A DNA stretch of 64,000 nucleotides from Octopus sinensis (lineage: Eukaryota): contig NC_043005.1 in NCBI RefSeq assembly GCF_006345805.1, positions 62,248,001 through 62,312,000 of the forward strand, read 5' to 3'. Every line of letters begins with the position of its first letter. The stretch's first letter is position 1. This document shows, in pieces, positions 12,551 through 25,632 of the stretch. The notes under the pieces are model-generated. The model was given only the letters and a program-made list of their open reading frames with translations, made no database searches and was not told the DNA's origin. The translations under genes and the position numbers were made by a program.

Positions 12551-14842
12551 TTTTGGAGAGGGAGAGAAAGAAGGAGAAAAGAGAGAGAGAGAGTAACTTT
12601 CTACCACCCCCTTCTTTACATTAACATCTTTACTTCTACTACAAGCATTTGTAACATTAATTAAATTACAAAGATAAAACTACATTTAGAAAGCCACATA
12701 AGTTTCCAGTTACACAATGTGATAAAGTAATAAAAGTTAAAACAAGAACTAGGAGGAAAGCATGTTCACACTCATTTACTATCTAGAAATTTCTCTATGC
12801 AATTAGACGTTAAAGCATTTGGACATTTAATTCAAATACTCAAAGAAGCAGATTAAATAAATTTTATACAGAAAACTTGAAAATTGGAAAAGAATGGTAT
12901 GCCTATTGAAATTATATTTCAATAGCTTCAAAGGAAAGAATTAGCTTTTAGTTACAATGTTTCAAAAAATTAAGATTAGTCAATTAAAAAAAGATTGACA
13001 CTAAGAAACATCTTGTAATTATATGCCTAGGATATATACCAATTTGCTATAAAAAATTATATATATCAACTAGTTCCATTACCCACCACCTAGTCCTTCA
13101 TGATTGAGTGAATAGCCATAGAAAAGGCTTCTAAACAATTGACTCAACATGAAAACGAAATTACCCAAGGAAAAACAAATGAATATAAAAAGAGAGAGAG
13201 AGAGAGAAGCGGGGAAGATAGATGTTAAGTGAATAAGATTGTTGCTGAAGAAAATTTCAAAAGATAGAAAATAGATGAAATAAGCTGATAGACCAGAAGA
13301 TATGGTAAGATATGACAGAAACTGGAATTTAATGATAAGAATGTAGTTAGTTTTTGAAGTGACTTATTGTAAATAATGGCACTGTCTACAGTGGCAAGCT
13401 GATAGAATCGTTAAGATGATGGGCAAAATACATAGCAGTATTTCATCCATTTTAACAGTTTGAGTTCAAATTCTACCAAGGTTACTTCACATTTCATTCT
13501 TTCACAGTTGATACAAAACGTATCCACTGGTTTAAGAATGAAATTTGCTTTCGGGGTGCAAACCCAGATCCAAAATTTTTTTTACAAACAAAGTCTTGTT
13601 GTTTTATTTATTATTGTTCTTTGTTCTTTAAGAAGAAATCTAACTTTACAGATTACATTTTACACATTGTTTTCTAAACCTGAGGAAAGTAAGAAGAGGT
13701 GCAAAAATTTCAGGAGGTACACTTGCACCTCCTGCATCCCCTGTTCCTGGGCCCATGTAAGTACCAGTTGAACACTGGGGTTGATGTAATTGATTTACCC
13801 ACTCCCTCAAACTGCTGGCCTTGTACCAAAACTTGAAACCAATATTGGTATTTTATCTTTACTATTAGCTATTTACTATTAATGCGATACCTCAGATACC
13901 CTCTCTCTCCTCAGAATTACATTATCTATACACGATTTTGCTGGCAGCTTGTTTGAATTTTTTACTTATTATGTATGTGCCTATGTATTTTTATAGATAA
14001 TGTAACATACTTGGTAACTCTGTTAGTGATGGTACTATGTAAAAAGCACTGGTTATAGTGCCATGTAAAAAACAGCCAGTACACTCTGTAAAGTGGTTAG
14101 CATTAGGAAGGCTACCCAGCTGTAGAAGCCATGCCAAACCAGAAAACTGAGCCTGTCAAACTACCCAACTCATGCCAGCATAGAAAACAGACATTAAATA
14201 TTGATGATAATTAAGATCATCCATGTATGTGTAAGAATGAGTGTGACACATTGGGAGGAGAGATTGTTATTCATTTTCATGTCTCTTGTTAGTCATTTCA
14301 TCTCTTCACTGATGTACAAAGTAATGGACAGAAATCTTCTCTTTATTCAACATTTCTCTTTGTCTTTCACTGTAAATATGCATACACACAATAGCTATTT
14401 ACTGTTCATTTCTTCATTCTGAGTAAACTCCTCCCCCACTCTCAACAGTAGTTTCTGTCATCCTCTCTCTATATAAACACACATGCTACCTATTGTTTAC
14501 TTCCCCTCTCTCTCTCTCTCTCTCTCTCTATGTAAGCACATACAGTAGTAAGTAAAAGCCACTCTCATTCTCTGTCTCTGTAAACACACAAAAACATAGC
14601 TGTTGTTCATTGATTAGTGTGTTCTGTATCTAAAATCACAAGAGAAGGAAGACAACTGATTGCCAACTTTCACACATATGAAATTTTGCTTCAGGTAAAC
14701 AATCTCAAAAGTTGGGCATCCCTGAATATTTCCACCCACTTCCTAGTCATTCAGTTAAGTTGTCAACACCAATCAGTGTTTATTCATTTAAACTGTATAC
14801 ATCTTTCAGTTATATAAGGTCATACAAGATCAGTAAGACTAT

Positions 14843-14885
14843 GTTTTACTGAGGAGGTCTATTAAGACTGAAACATGTCTGAAGT
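14843..14885 (+). ncRNA. Minimal type I hammerhead ribozyme motif
   Basis: GUUUUA CUGAGGA GGUC uauuaa GACU GAAAC AU GUC/UGAAGU. Intact core, 4-bp stem II, palindromic stem III ACAUGU, wobble-rich stem I. Confidence 0.65.
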
Positions 14886-16463
14886 TGTCATGAAGTAATT
14901 AAAAAATATGTCTATTTTTTAATTACTTTTTATTAATTCAAATCTTTAGTTTGTCGCTCTTAAATTAATAATTAAAACATAATTAATCCTCAAACTAATG
15001 ATTTAACTCCCCAGTAACAATGCAACTGTAATTTATCAACATTTCTTGGATCACTATATTAGCACCAACTTTAATAAAATATAAACAAGAATAATTTATT
15101 GATGCAAACTATTGGGAATTGTTTTCTCGGTGAAAAAAAAATTCAACTATAAATAAGCTGTAAAAGAAATATCTATTCTATGTGAGTCTATCTGAGAAAA
15201 AGTCATTGTTATAACTTTTAATAGTGGTACCTACTTATTCAGAAGCTAATCTTTCATTTTATATAATTCATCTTGTGGGATTTTCTTTTATTGCTCTTCA
15301 TCCATTATGACACTGTCATCAATGGAATTTTGTTAGAACAATTATTTTTTATTGCTGCATAAGATTTCTAGAATGAACAACTCAACTGTGAAATAAGAGT
15401 AAAACCTTTTACATTTTTTTGTCAGCAAAGTAAACTAGAACAACATTGAATACATTGACTAGGTATGTAACAGAATAATCAAATTCATCTTTGTGTAGTC
15501 AGTTGTGTAAAAGCATACTCTCATAGCCAAGATGTTTTATGAATTGTCAAGAACAAAAGATGATAAAACTTATAAATACATCATACTTAAAATTTTACAC
15601 TTTGGGGGACTTCCTTTAGAAAAAAAATTCATGCTATTATTGAAAAGTCAGTTGAAAGAGTTGTATAAAGCTAGAGTTCTTTTTTATTACATTTTGAAAC
15701 ATTTTCTTACACGAGAGAATTTTAAAAAATGTTTCCAGTTCAAAATATTTACATACTGTAAAAGGGGCTCTTTAGGAAATAAGATCTGTAAATAGTTTCA
15801 AAAAATAAGGAGTATTTAAACAGTCTAATCATAAGCAGTTTACCTAGATTGAAGTGGATAAAAAATGATGAAATACAGTAAACTTTCACTGTCTGTCTGT
15901 CTGTCTCTCTCTCTATATATATATATGCATATATATGTTTATATGTGAGTGAGTGTGTGTATGTGCATGCACATTTGTGTGTGCATGTGTGTGTATGTGT
16001 GCGTGTATTACCTTTCATTTGTTTCAGATTTTGGACTATAGCCATGGTGCTGGGCCACCATATTGAAGGATTTATTTGAACAAATCTACCCCAGTATTTA
16101 TTTTTTTATTTATAAACCTGGTACCTTTGCCAAACATAAACAAACCAACACCAGCTGTTAAGTAATGGAAAAGTACAACACAAAGACACATGCATGCACA
16201 CGTGCACACACAACTTCTTTTAGTTTGTGTATTGCCAAATCCATGCACAAAGCTTTGGTTGGCCTGGAGCAAAAGTAGAAGAAAACACTAGGCCACTGCA
16301 TAATGGGGCTGAACCCAGAACCATGTGGTTGAGATGTAGACTTACTACAAAGCTACAACTATGACTCTGTGGTGTGTGTATGTGTGTGTGTGCATATATT
16401 TATAAATGAATACATATATATAAGCATACAAATATATATATATATATGCAGCCAGGTGGAGCC

Positions 16464-16553
16464 TGGCTGCACCAGGCTCCAATCTTGATCTGGCAGAGTT
16501 TTTTATTTTCTGTAGAAACTCTGCCAGATCAAGATTGGAGCCTGGTGCAGCCA
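16464..16553. repeat. Perfect 38-bp inverted repeat with 14-nt spacer at the 5' end of a family C SINE remnant
   Basis: 16464-16501 is the exact reverse complement of 16516-16553. Confidence 0.95.
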
Positions 16554-16783
16554 TCTGGTTCGTCAGCCCTCACTCAAAATCGTCCAACCCATGCTAGCAT
16601 GGAAAGCGGACGTTAAACGATGATGATGATGATGATGCAAACATACATTAGTATATATTTATATATAGACTTTTATATAAATATTTGTGTGTGTAAACAA
16701 ACACACACACACGTGTGTGTGTATGTAAGTATAATAAAACTTGAAGATATTCGTAAATCCTCTGAGTAAATAAATTATCTTAC

Positions 16784-16865
16784 CACTTCTGTCTGCTGCC
16801 CCACCACGGAGAATTCTGGCGATTTCTAAGCTCTGTTTTTTCTCATTTTTTTGTATAGTTGCACC
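16784..16865 (-). CDS. MPP7: Internal exon of MAGUK p55-subfamily (MPP7-like) gene, first part of PDZ domain
   Basis: Acceptor tttcag|GGT and donor G|gtaaga. 82 bp encoding [27 protein letters not shown]+G, which closely resembles the MPP7 PDZ segment as recalled ([28 protein letters not shown]). Phase 0 in, phase 1 out. Orthology within the MPP3/4/7 group is inferred. Confidence 0.88.
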
Positions 16866-17927
16866 CTGAAATGACAATTATTGATAAATATAGTCACAGA
16901 CTTAGAAATAACTTTGGATCAATAAGTTCAAAATAATTCATGTATTCATGTATATTTCCAAGGAGATAGACCAATGATAGTTTTAGTGTTATAAAAGGAT
17001 TTATATGTCTTTTAATAATTCTTGTACACTGAACCTTAAAGATATCTCTCTTATTTCTTCACCAACAAGCAAACCAGAATATACATCAACAGAACTTTAC
17101 ACACACACACACAACACATATATACACACATACAAATTATACAAATGTACAATATATCTATCTATCTATCTATATATATATATATATATACAAATTATAC
17201 AAATATATATATATATATACACAATATATATGTTACACATGAACACACACACATGCTTATAGACATACTGAGTTAAATAGCGCAAAAATATATCAGTAGT
17301 AGATGAAAATTGTTCAGCAGCTGATTGTAAATGTGTGTAGATGCACACACACACATATACACCTGTACAAATATGTGTATATCTATCTATCTGTATTATT
17401 CACACACACAAACACACACAGACACACATATATGTTCATAAATATGTGAGAATATGTGCATGCATGGGTATGCAAGTTTGTCTCCATTTTTCTTTTGTAT
17501 TGACATGACTTGACTTTTGTAGCAGTTCATGTCTCACTTAAAAAAATATGTCAGTAAGTCAAAGAGCAAACACTAAATACAGTGCTTTTACAATACAACT
17601 TCTCAAGAGGACACACATGCATATCTGGATTTAGGAATCCTATTGCTACCAATGAAAATTACACATTTAGATACAAGTACATGCCTTGACATAATATCAT
17701 ATATACTGCTGTACAATTTAAAAGGTTTTGTTGATATTTTATCAACTTCAAAATTATTCCCAAAATCCTTTGCTACTTAAGGCACAGAGTTATTATGAGT
17801 TTCACTTTATTTTGAAAATGGTATTGAAAGTTTAAAAATTTGATATGAATGTCATCATTCTAAATAAAAGATATAGTACTACAAGGCAACAAGAAAAATT
17901 ATGTGTATATATGGACTTATGCATATG

Positions 17928-17966
<39 letters not shown>

Positions 17967-19427
17967 CACACACAAACACACACTCATGCACATACAAACA
18001 CACACACATGCACACAAATAAATAAGTAGCAGCATAGTTCAAAATGTGTGTGTGTGTGTGTGCATGCATGCAAGCATGCATGTGTGCATATAAATATTTA
18101 TAAAGTTCCTCCTGGTTTCTTCCAGCACTTCAAAACCTTTTACCATTTTAAGACTGCTGCTCTGTTTTCATGAATAATGTGAAGATTATATAGTGTTGAA
18201 TATAATATATATTGAATTAATATATTTCCTGACATAAAAGTGAAGTTGAGAAAGGATGTGATGCTGTGATGATCTTCCATTATATAAGCCTTTGGAATTA
18301 TAAACTGGACGATCATCACAATCGCACTTACTTTTAGGAAAGGAAAAGGCATGGTTCCAAATAAGAATCATAAATTTTATTACAGACAAACACGAATCAT
18401 AAATTGTGTTATAGAGTCAGCTAACTGGTAGCTTATTCCTGCTGTAAGTCACATATAACTAGCTATTAAATAAGCTGCAATGTATTTTGTGATATAATAC
18501 TTCAGTTTGTGTAGCTTTCATGTTGGAGGTACTGGATGATCTGGGGATATTCCTGGTTTGAGATCTGATAACCTATCCAGGTGTAAATTTATTTCCCATC
18601 TACTTAACATCAAAAATCTAGAGATAAATTCTGGCCCTATAATTCCCTAGAGCTTATCGAATATTCACATTACAATGATTGACTACAAATGATTTCTGAA
18701 GGGAAATCTATTATAATTATACTATCATTTTTGAATAGCTTATTCAGAGAAGAAGGACAATACACAAGATCCTTTGGAGAGTATCCATAATATAGATGAG
18801 AAGAGAAAGGGGGGTTTTATTAGATCAGAGACCTGACTGAAATGCTTGGAAAGAAATTCCATCTTCTAAAAGTTACTCAAGGGACTTGTGAGGATGTTAA
18901 ACTGAGCATCAGACTCAGTCCAGCATCTCCAAAATGGTAACACTCTCCCTGATAGGCTTCTACAGTTTCACAACTAAATTTCAATCACAAAGCTTTCATT
19001 GAGCCAAGGTTAGGATAAGGAACTGCACAATGAGATTGAGCACCAAACGAAGCAGTTTTGAAGCAAACTTCTTAACCACAAAGCCATACGAGTATTAAAC
19101 ATACTTTTGCATGCTGATAACCTTGCTCTCAGTTCTCAAAGTAAACCCATCAAAGACAACAACTTTTGTTAGCAGAAAAGGAGACACAACTCTGTAGTTG
19201 TCAGGGATGTGGCCACACTCAACATGCACAAAAGGACATCGTACGAACTTTGAACTGTGCACTAAATGTAGATTATGGGTGTACAGGAGATGCAGTAGCT
19301 TTGCAGGTGGGCTAACAGAGAAGAAGGACTTTATATGTGGTAGATGCACAAATATAGATAGCAGCAGAAGCACTCATTAAATTAATTCTTTCAAATGCTT
19401 AGAGTGCACACCTAGAAGAAATTGTTA

Positions 19428-19609
19428 CTCTTTTACTCTTCTACTTGCTTCAGTCATTTGACTGTGGCTATGCTGAAGCACCACCTTTAGTCGAGCGAAT
19501 CGACCCCAGGACTTATTCTTTGTAAACCTGGTACTTATTCTATTGGTCTCTTTTGCCGAACTGTTAAGTTACAGGGACAAACGCAGACACACAAACATAT
19601 ACACACACT

Positions 19610-19645
<36 letters not shown>

Positions 19646-19815
19646 TATATATGACGGGCTTCTTTCAGTTTCTATCTACCAAATCTACTCACAAGCCTTT
19701 GATCAGCCCGAGGCTATAGTAGAAGACACTTGCCCAAGGTGCCACACAGTGGGACTGAACCCGGAACCATGTGGCTGGTAAGCAAGCTACATACCACACA
19801 GCCATTCCTGCACCT
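19428..19815 (-). mobile_element. SINE family B (tRNA head, internal TA/CA microsatellite, CR1/L2-type tail)
   Basis: Head ggtgcaggaatggctgtgtggta...ccgggttcagtccc and tail gtgcttcagcatagccacagtcaaatgactgaagcaag. Further copies near 1.7, 9.7, 16.0, 36.0, 39.9, 40.3-42.5, 43.1 and 52.2-52.9 kb. Confidence 0.85.
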
Positions 19816-20406
19816 ATATATCTTTTTTTTATCAACAATGTGATGTGATTGAAGGATGACAACTGTTAAAGAAGTGCCAAGCAATCCAACTGGCAGGAAT
19901 CTATAACGGACAAAGACTGAGGAAGATATGGAAAGAAGTGGTGCAAGGTCATCTCAAGAAGTTGAACCTCTTGAAGGATATGTTAAAGGGCCAATAGAAA
20001 TAGTGATTGTGGAGCAATATGCTGGGGGAAGATCTCATCAACCAAAGCAAGCATGAGGTAAATGTTAAAAGGAAAAGATGATGTTGATTATTATTATTGT
20101 TATTCAAAGTTGTTGTTGTTGTTCCTATTATTGTAGTTGTTGTTGTTATTACCATAATTATGGTTGTTGTTGTTGTCGATATTATAATTATCATTATCAA
20201 AGTGGCAAGCTTGCAGAATCCATGGTGCATTAGACAAAATGCTTAGTAGCATTTCTTCCAGTTCTTTATGTTCTGAGTTCAAACACCACAAAAGGTCAAC
20301 TTTGTCTTTCATCCTTTTGGGGGTTGATAAAATAAGTACTATTCAAGTACTGGGTTTGATGTAATTAACTGACATCTTTGCCCTAAAACTACTGGCCTTG
20401 TGCTTA

Positions 20407-20715
20407 TCATTATTATTATTCAGTAGTCTTAAGTGCTTTCACTGCATTACTTTGTGCAGCTCTGTGTACCTTGGGTATGTGCTGTGGTTTATTGTGGTGC
20501 TCTTATTTTCACTGTATTGAAATTTCTTTACATAAGATGTGTGCAGTACATCATAGTGCTATTTTCTGTATGTTATATGTATTCCTAGATCCTGGTGTTT
20601 TGGTTATGTATTTGTCTGTATGTTTTTTAATCTTACCGAATATACCTATTATTATAGGGATTTTTTCTGTTTTTAGGTTCCACATTCAGGTTATTTCTGT
20701 TTTCAAATCTTTGTA
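20407..20715 (-). mobile_element. R4/Dong LINE 3' end ending in (AAT)n
   Basis: KDLKTEIT*MWNLKTEKIPIIIG.FG.IKK...PG...IQKIAL.CTAHIL, then a short UTR and an AAT tail. Confidence 0.78.
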
Positions 20716-20724
20716 TTATTATTA

Positions 20725-20774
<50 letters not shown>

Positions 20775-20923
20775 TTTACTGTTTTACTTCTCAGAGCACT
20801 CAGCTTCTTTGCTCTGGTTGATTTTGTGTGAGTAGACAGCAGCTTGTTGTCAGAGTTTTCACAGGATCTCTTTCCACACATTATAAGCTTAGATACTTGT
20901 TTGTCAATTACCATGAAAGACAT

Positions 20924-21110
20924 AAGGCGGTAAGCTGGCAGAATCGTTAGCATGCTGGGCAAAATGCTTAGTGGTATTTCGTCAGTTTTTATGTTCTGAG
21001 TTCAAATTCCGCCGAGGTTGACTTTGCCCTTTCATCCTTTTGGGGTCAATCTAATCGACTGGCCCCCTTCCCCAAAAATTTTGGGCCTTGTGCCTAGAGT
21101 AGAAAAGAAT
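20924..21110 (+). mobile_element. SINE family A, well-preserved copy
   Basis: aaggcggtaagctggcagaatcgttagc...gagttcaaattccgccgaggttgactttg (A/B-box-like). Other copies near 6.9, 7.6, 13.4, 20.2, 21.7, 23.0, 28.9, 39.4, 48.0, 48.9, 49.9 and 55.5 kb. Confidence 0.85.
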
Positions 21111-24100
21111 TACCATGGAAGACATTCAACATCCAAATACCAATCTCAAAATCCTTACTGTCCCCAGCAGAGCAGTTTTTTGGGCTTTCTCTGTTCTTAT
21201 ACCAATTCCGATGTGCTGGCAGTGTAAAAGTTAATGTATTTTGTACTAATTTTCAAATGGTAAAGCTTGGATAGTGGCAGATAAAAATGACAGAATAATT
21301 TCATGGATATGTAAAATGAACTATTTTTTGATCAAGGTATATCCAATGTAAAACCTACCAGAGGATGTGATGTAGAAATTTCAGTGAAGTGTTACATGTA
21401 CTGAAAGATGTTTTACTAGTTATTTGAAATTACAGAAAGGTGAAGAGTGTAGTACAAGAGGAAACCTCTTTTTCTATTGCTTAGTCAGGAAGTCAGGCCT
21501 CCAAAACTGGTAGAAGAGAGGAAGAAAAATATCTTTGAGCTGGAGATCTGGCTCTAATATTTGTTATAGAGTGGACCCCACTAGAAGCATCCAATGATCA
21601 TGTAGTGTGTTAAAAAGAGTAATAGATTGTCTATCACCCATGTAGATCATGGCATGATTTGAACTCAAAACAGCAACAGCAGGAACAAATATTGGTTTTA
21701 AATTCTGGCACAAGGCCAGCAATTTTGGGGGAAGCACTAAGTCATTTAAACTGACCCCAGTGTTCAACTGGTACTTATTTTATTGACTCTGAAAGGGGTG
21801 ATATGCAAAGTTGACCTTGGTAGAATTTGAACTCAGAATGTAATGATGGATGCAATGCAAGAACAGAAACAAATTTTGCAAGGGATTTTATCCACTGTGC
21901 CAATGATTCCACCTTTCCAATACTCTAGATATGAATATATTATATGAATCCTGGAAGGATGAATGACAATGTTGATGTTAGCAGGATTTGAATTTCAAAT
22001 GCAAAGAGCCAGAATAAATGCTACAAGGCATTCGATTCAATATTCTAATGACCCTGATAAGTTCTCACCTATAGAAAACTAGAGGATAAATTTGAATATC
22101 AGAGGAAAGTGGTTATGTATGAAAATATTGACAACAGTTAAATGATACAACAATGAGAAGAATTTGTGGTAACTGGAAATTTCTGGTCCTCTGTAAGAGA
22201 CTGGATTATATGAGGTAGTTGTTTGGCTCAGACTGTGTTCTGTATCTAGAAACTTTGCAACAAATGTTTAATGCTAAACTAAACTTAAAATTTTAATAAT
22301 TAATACACTGAGCAGAGACTTTCATTTCATCATGTTCTCTATGTCTTCTGGAATTTTAGTGGTGGTTTCAGAGAAACGAAACTGCTAATTATGTAAATGT
22401 ATGAGATTCACCACTTGCGCAAAAGAGACTCATATTCTCATTTCCAAATTTCCAGTCAGATGTTGTTGTTGATTAACTCTCAGTCAGACTTATAATTAAA
22501 GGTGTTCCAGCAAGGACTTTCTACTCTTTCTATATTGGATAGAGCATCTAGGAATATATCATCTAATGTGCCCTTCTTTTTTTAAGTAAGTATAGTATGA
22601 TCTTGAGAAAATTCAGCTGCTGTTTCGAGCATTGAGGCTTTGTTGTTAGCATGTCAGTAACAAAGATGGTTAAACATTTTGAAGAGAAGAAAAATCAGAT
22701 TCTAAAATACAATGCTTGTGAATATTGACTGGTGATGCATCTGCACTGATCAGGTTTGTAGGTGTTGGGAGAAAAAAGATTTCATGAATATTGCAGCTAC
22801 AGTTGTGGATCTCGGATGAGGTAATTAACAGCAACAACCATACAGGTAATATATTATGGGTGGTTTTGGTAACTATCAGATAAAACTTTCAGAATATATA
22901 TTCACTTTGGCGATTAGGTATCTAGTGAGCCTATCCTTTGTATGTGTGTGTGTGTGTGTGTCTCTTTCTATATGGGAAATAGATACCATATCTAACAATA
23001 GAATGCTAGGAAGCAAAAATATGGCTGAGTTGCTAAAAGTATCAGATAGAATGATGCCTTGCCATATTTGTCCTGGCTTTCTACAATCTGAATTCAAATC
23101 TTTGAGCTCAACTTTGCCTTTTATTCTTTTGTGAGTGATAAAATAAAGTTCAGGGCATTGGCTCGGCAAAATTGTTAGAGCACTGAAGAAAACGCCTTGC
23201 TGTATCTCTTCCACTCCTATATGTCCAAGTTTAATTTCCATCCAGGGAGTCAGATCCCACCAATGGCCAGGATTTGACCATGTTACTGCAATTGATTATG
23301 AAGGTTGCAATAGGGAGAGCAATATTGTAACCATAGGCTACAGTAATAAAACTGTGATGATAATTCTAAAAGGAATTTAATATATAAGAATAATGAAGTT
23401 TTAAGTGAAATGTCAATAAATAAATCTCATTGTTTTCATAAAATATGAAGCCAAATAAATTTAAAGCAATGAATATTGCTTCTTTGTTACAATTTGAATA
23501 ACATAAATGCATGGGTTTATGTAATGTCAAGAAATTCTATATTTTTGAAATTGGTTGTAAACTTTATGAATTTGTAATGTAAATAGAAAACAAACATAAC
23601 TGAGGTTTTTGGCATGATGTTTTAAATTTCCTTATTCTTCCACAATTTAGAAACAATGCACAGCTAAAAGCCATCAAACTTCATAAAATGCAAGACCCAG
23701 TAATTTGATTCCCTTACATGATGGTGATTTGCTACTCATCTAATTAGGACTACACCAAAAAAAGCCAGTTGCTGATCATAACTAGAAAATATATCCCATT
23801 TCTGAATAACAGCTATCCCCATACAAATTACTTTAACCCAAAGGTAGAGAACTCTTTATGTTGTAAAGCCACATTAATGACATTAACTATTAACAAATAA
23901 GGTCACATTTCAAAAAATAATTTGTGCTGTTTAACATATATAAAATACCGTCATTCAAGAAAATTGTTACAAAATGTAAAACAGGCAGAGATTCAGAATT
24001 AGTACTCCTTTCATAACTTAATTTTTGTTTTTGAAAAGTTCTTCAGATTTCTATATTTTGAAGATATCCCCAACATGGCCACAGCCTAATGACTGAAACA

Positions 24101-25031
24101 AGTAAAAGAAGTGTTCCTTAAAATATTTATCACTGAGAAAATATGCCTTAAATAAAATAAAATCAGCAAAAATATATTCCAATATAGGGATTTCCTCCCA
24201 AATGGTGTACCTCTATCAGAAAGCTGCAAATTATCCAGTTCTGCTCTAACCTTTTAATAAAGCAGATGAGTCAAATAGGAGGTCCTCTATGTGGTTGTTT
24301 AACCTGCTAAAAATAGCAACCAAGTCTCTTTGAAACCACAACTCACCATCTTAACCCCCTCCTCTCACAAAACAATGGATAATGTAATCCTAGGTACACA
24401 ATATCTGAAAAACAAAAGATGGCATGGCTGGAATGGCTTTTGGTCACAGATAAGTTTGACCCGGAAAGACTTAGGGCTAAACAACAATACAACTATGCCA
24501 TACACTTGTTTTGCTTCCTAAATATTTGCTTTGTTGATAAATCATTTATTCACCAAGTTGCTTAATAACTTCATCTCTTCACTTACTACTACAATAACTT
24601 CTGCTCCTATAAACTTGCTTACTCTATGTATACCAGTCTCACATAATTCCACTTGTTTTGCTTATTCTCTCAACAGTCATCATTCCATTGTTTCTCATTC
24701 ACTCACACTTCATTGTAAACACTTTCCAATCCTTTTAGATTGAACATTAAATATATTAATCTTATGTAGTTGGCTTTATTTCTCAGTAGAAAATAACTTG
24801 AAAATAATAAAAAGAAAAACATAGCCTGTTAGTCTCCTTCATACAAGCTAAAAGAAAGACATCTCATACATTTCCTTAATGCAATTTGATAATAATATTA
24901 GTCTCCTTTGGCAAGGCAGAAGGTTAAGAGAAATGACTGTGACATGAAATTGTAACACTTTTCACATCAAATCACGCATACTTAAGTGTGTATGAATGTG
25001 AGTATATATCTACCTGTCTCTCACTCACACA

Positions 25032-25078
<47 letters not shown>

Positions 25079-25225
25079 CTTTTGATATAGGATATAATTA
25101 TCTTACTACACGTAGAACTTACCAATATGAAGTTTAAGAATAATCTTCAAGAGAGGATACAATAAATACAGCTGATAACTGTAACAAGTCTTTAGTTATA
25201 ATTTTGTTTACTGCTTTATCATTAA

Positions 25226-25446
25226 ACCTTTAGCATTTAAACTGGCAATATCTGGCAAAATATTCTACCTGTTTTACCTTTAAACCAGTCAGATCTGGCC
25301 TTTCACACTTAACCCTACAATGCCATTTTTAAAAATAAACAATCACATCATTGAAATATGAAAACTATGAGATAGTACATGATCAATTCAAAGCAACACA
25401 AATAAATAAGCATTACATTTGACACAGTTATCTGAATGCTAAACGG
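25226..25446. mobile_element. piggyBac-like MITE with TTAA target site duplication
   Basis: ttaa|acctttagcatt ... aatgctaaacgg|ttaa. Confidence 0.75.
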
Positions 25447-25632
25447 TTAAAGTCTCTATTTTTAAAATTAAATAAATAAACTAATTTAGTTAAATTACTT
25501 TGTGCTCATTGATGACAAAAGCTTTGTATTTAGATGATATAAAATGTGTGATGAGAAATATATGTGTAACTAATATTTATTTTCTGATCTGTAATTAGTT
25601 AAAATTTAATTTAATTTAGCTTCTATATTAGG

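Noticed and set aside
17000-17095. Minus-strand peptide SGLLVGEEIREIS resembling a PDZ segment
   Set aside because: No usable splice sites, it ends in a stop, it is in the wrong order relative to the real exons, and it looks like a repeat fragment.
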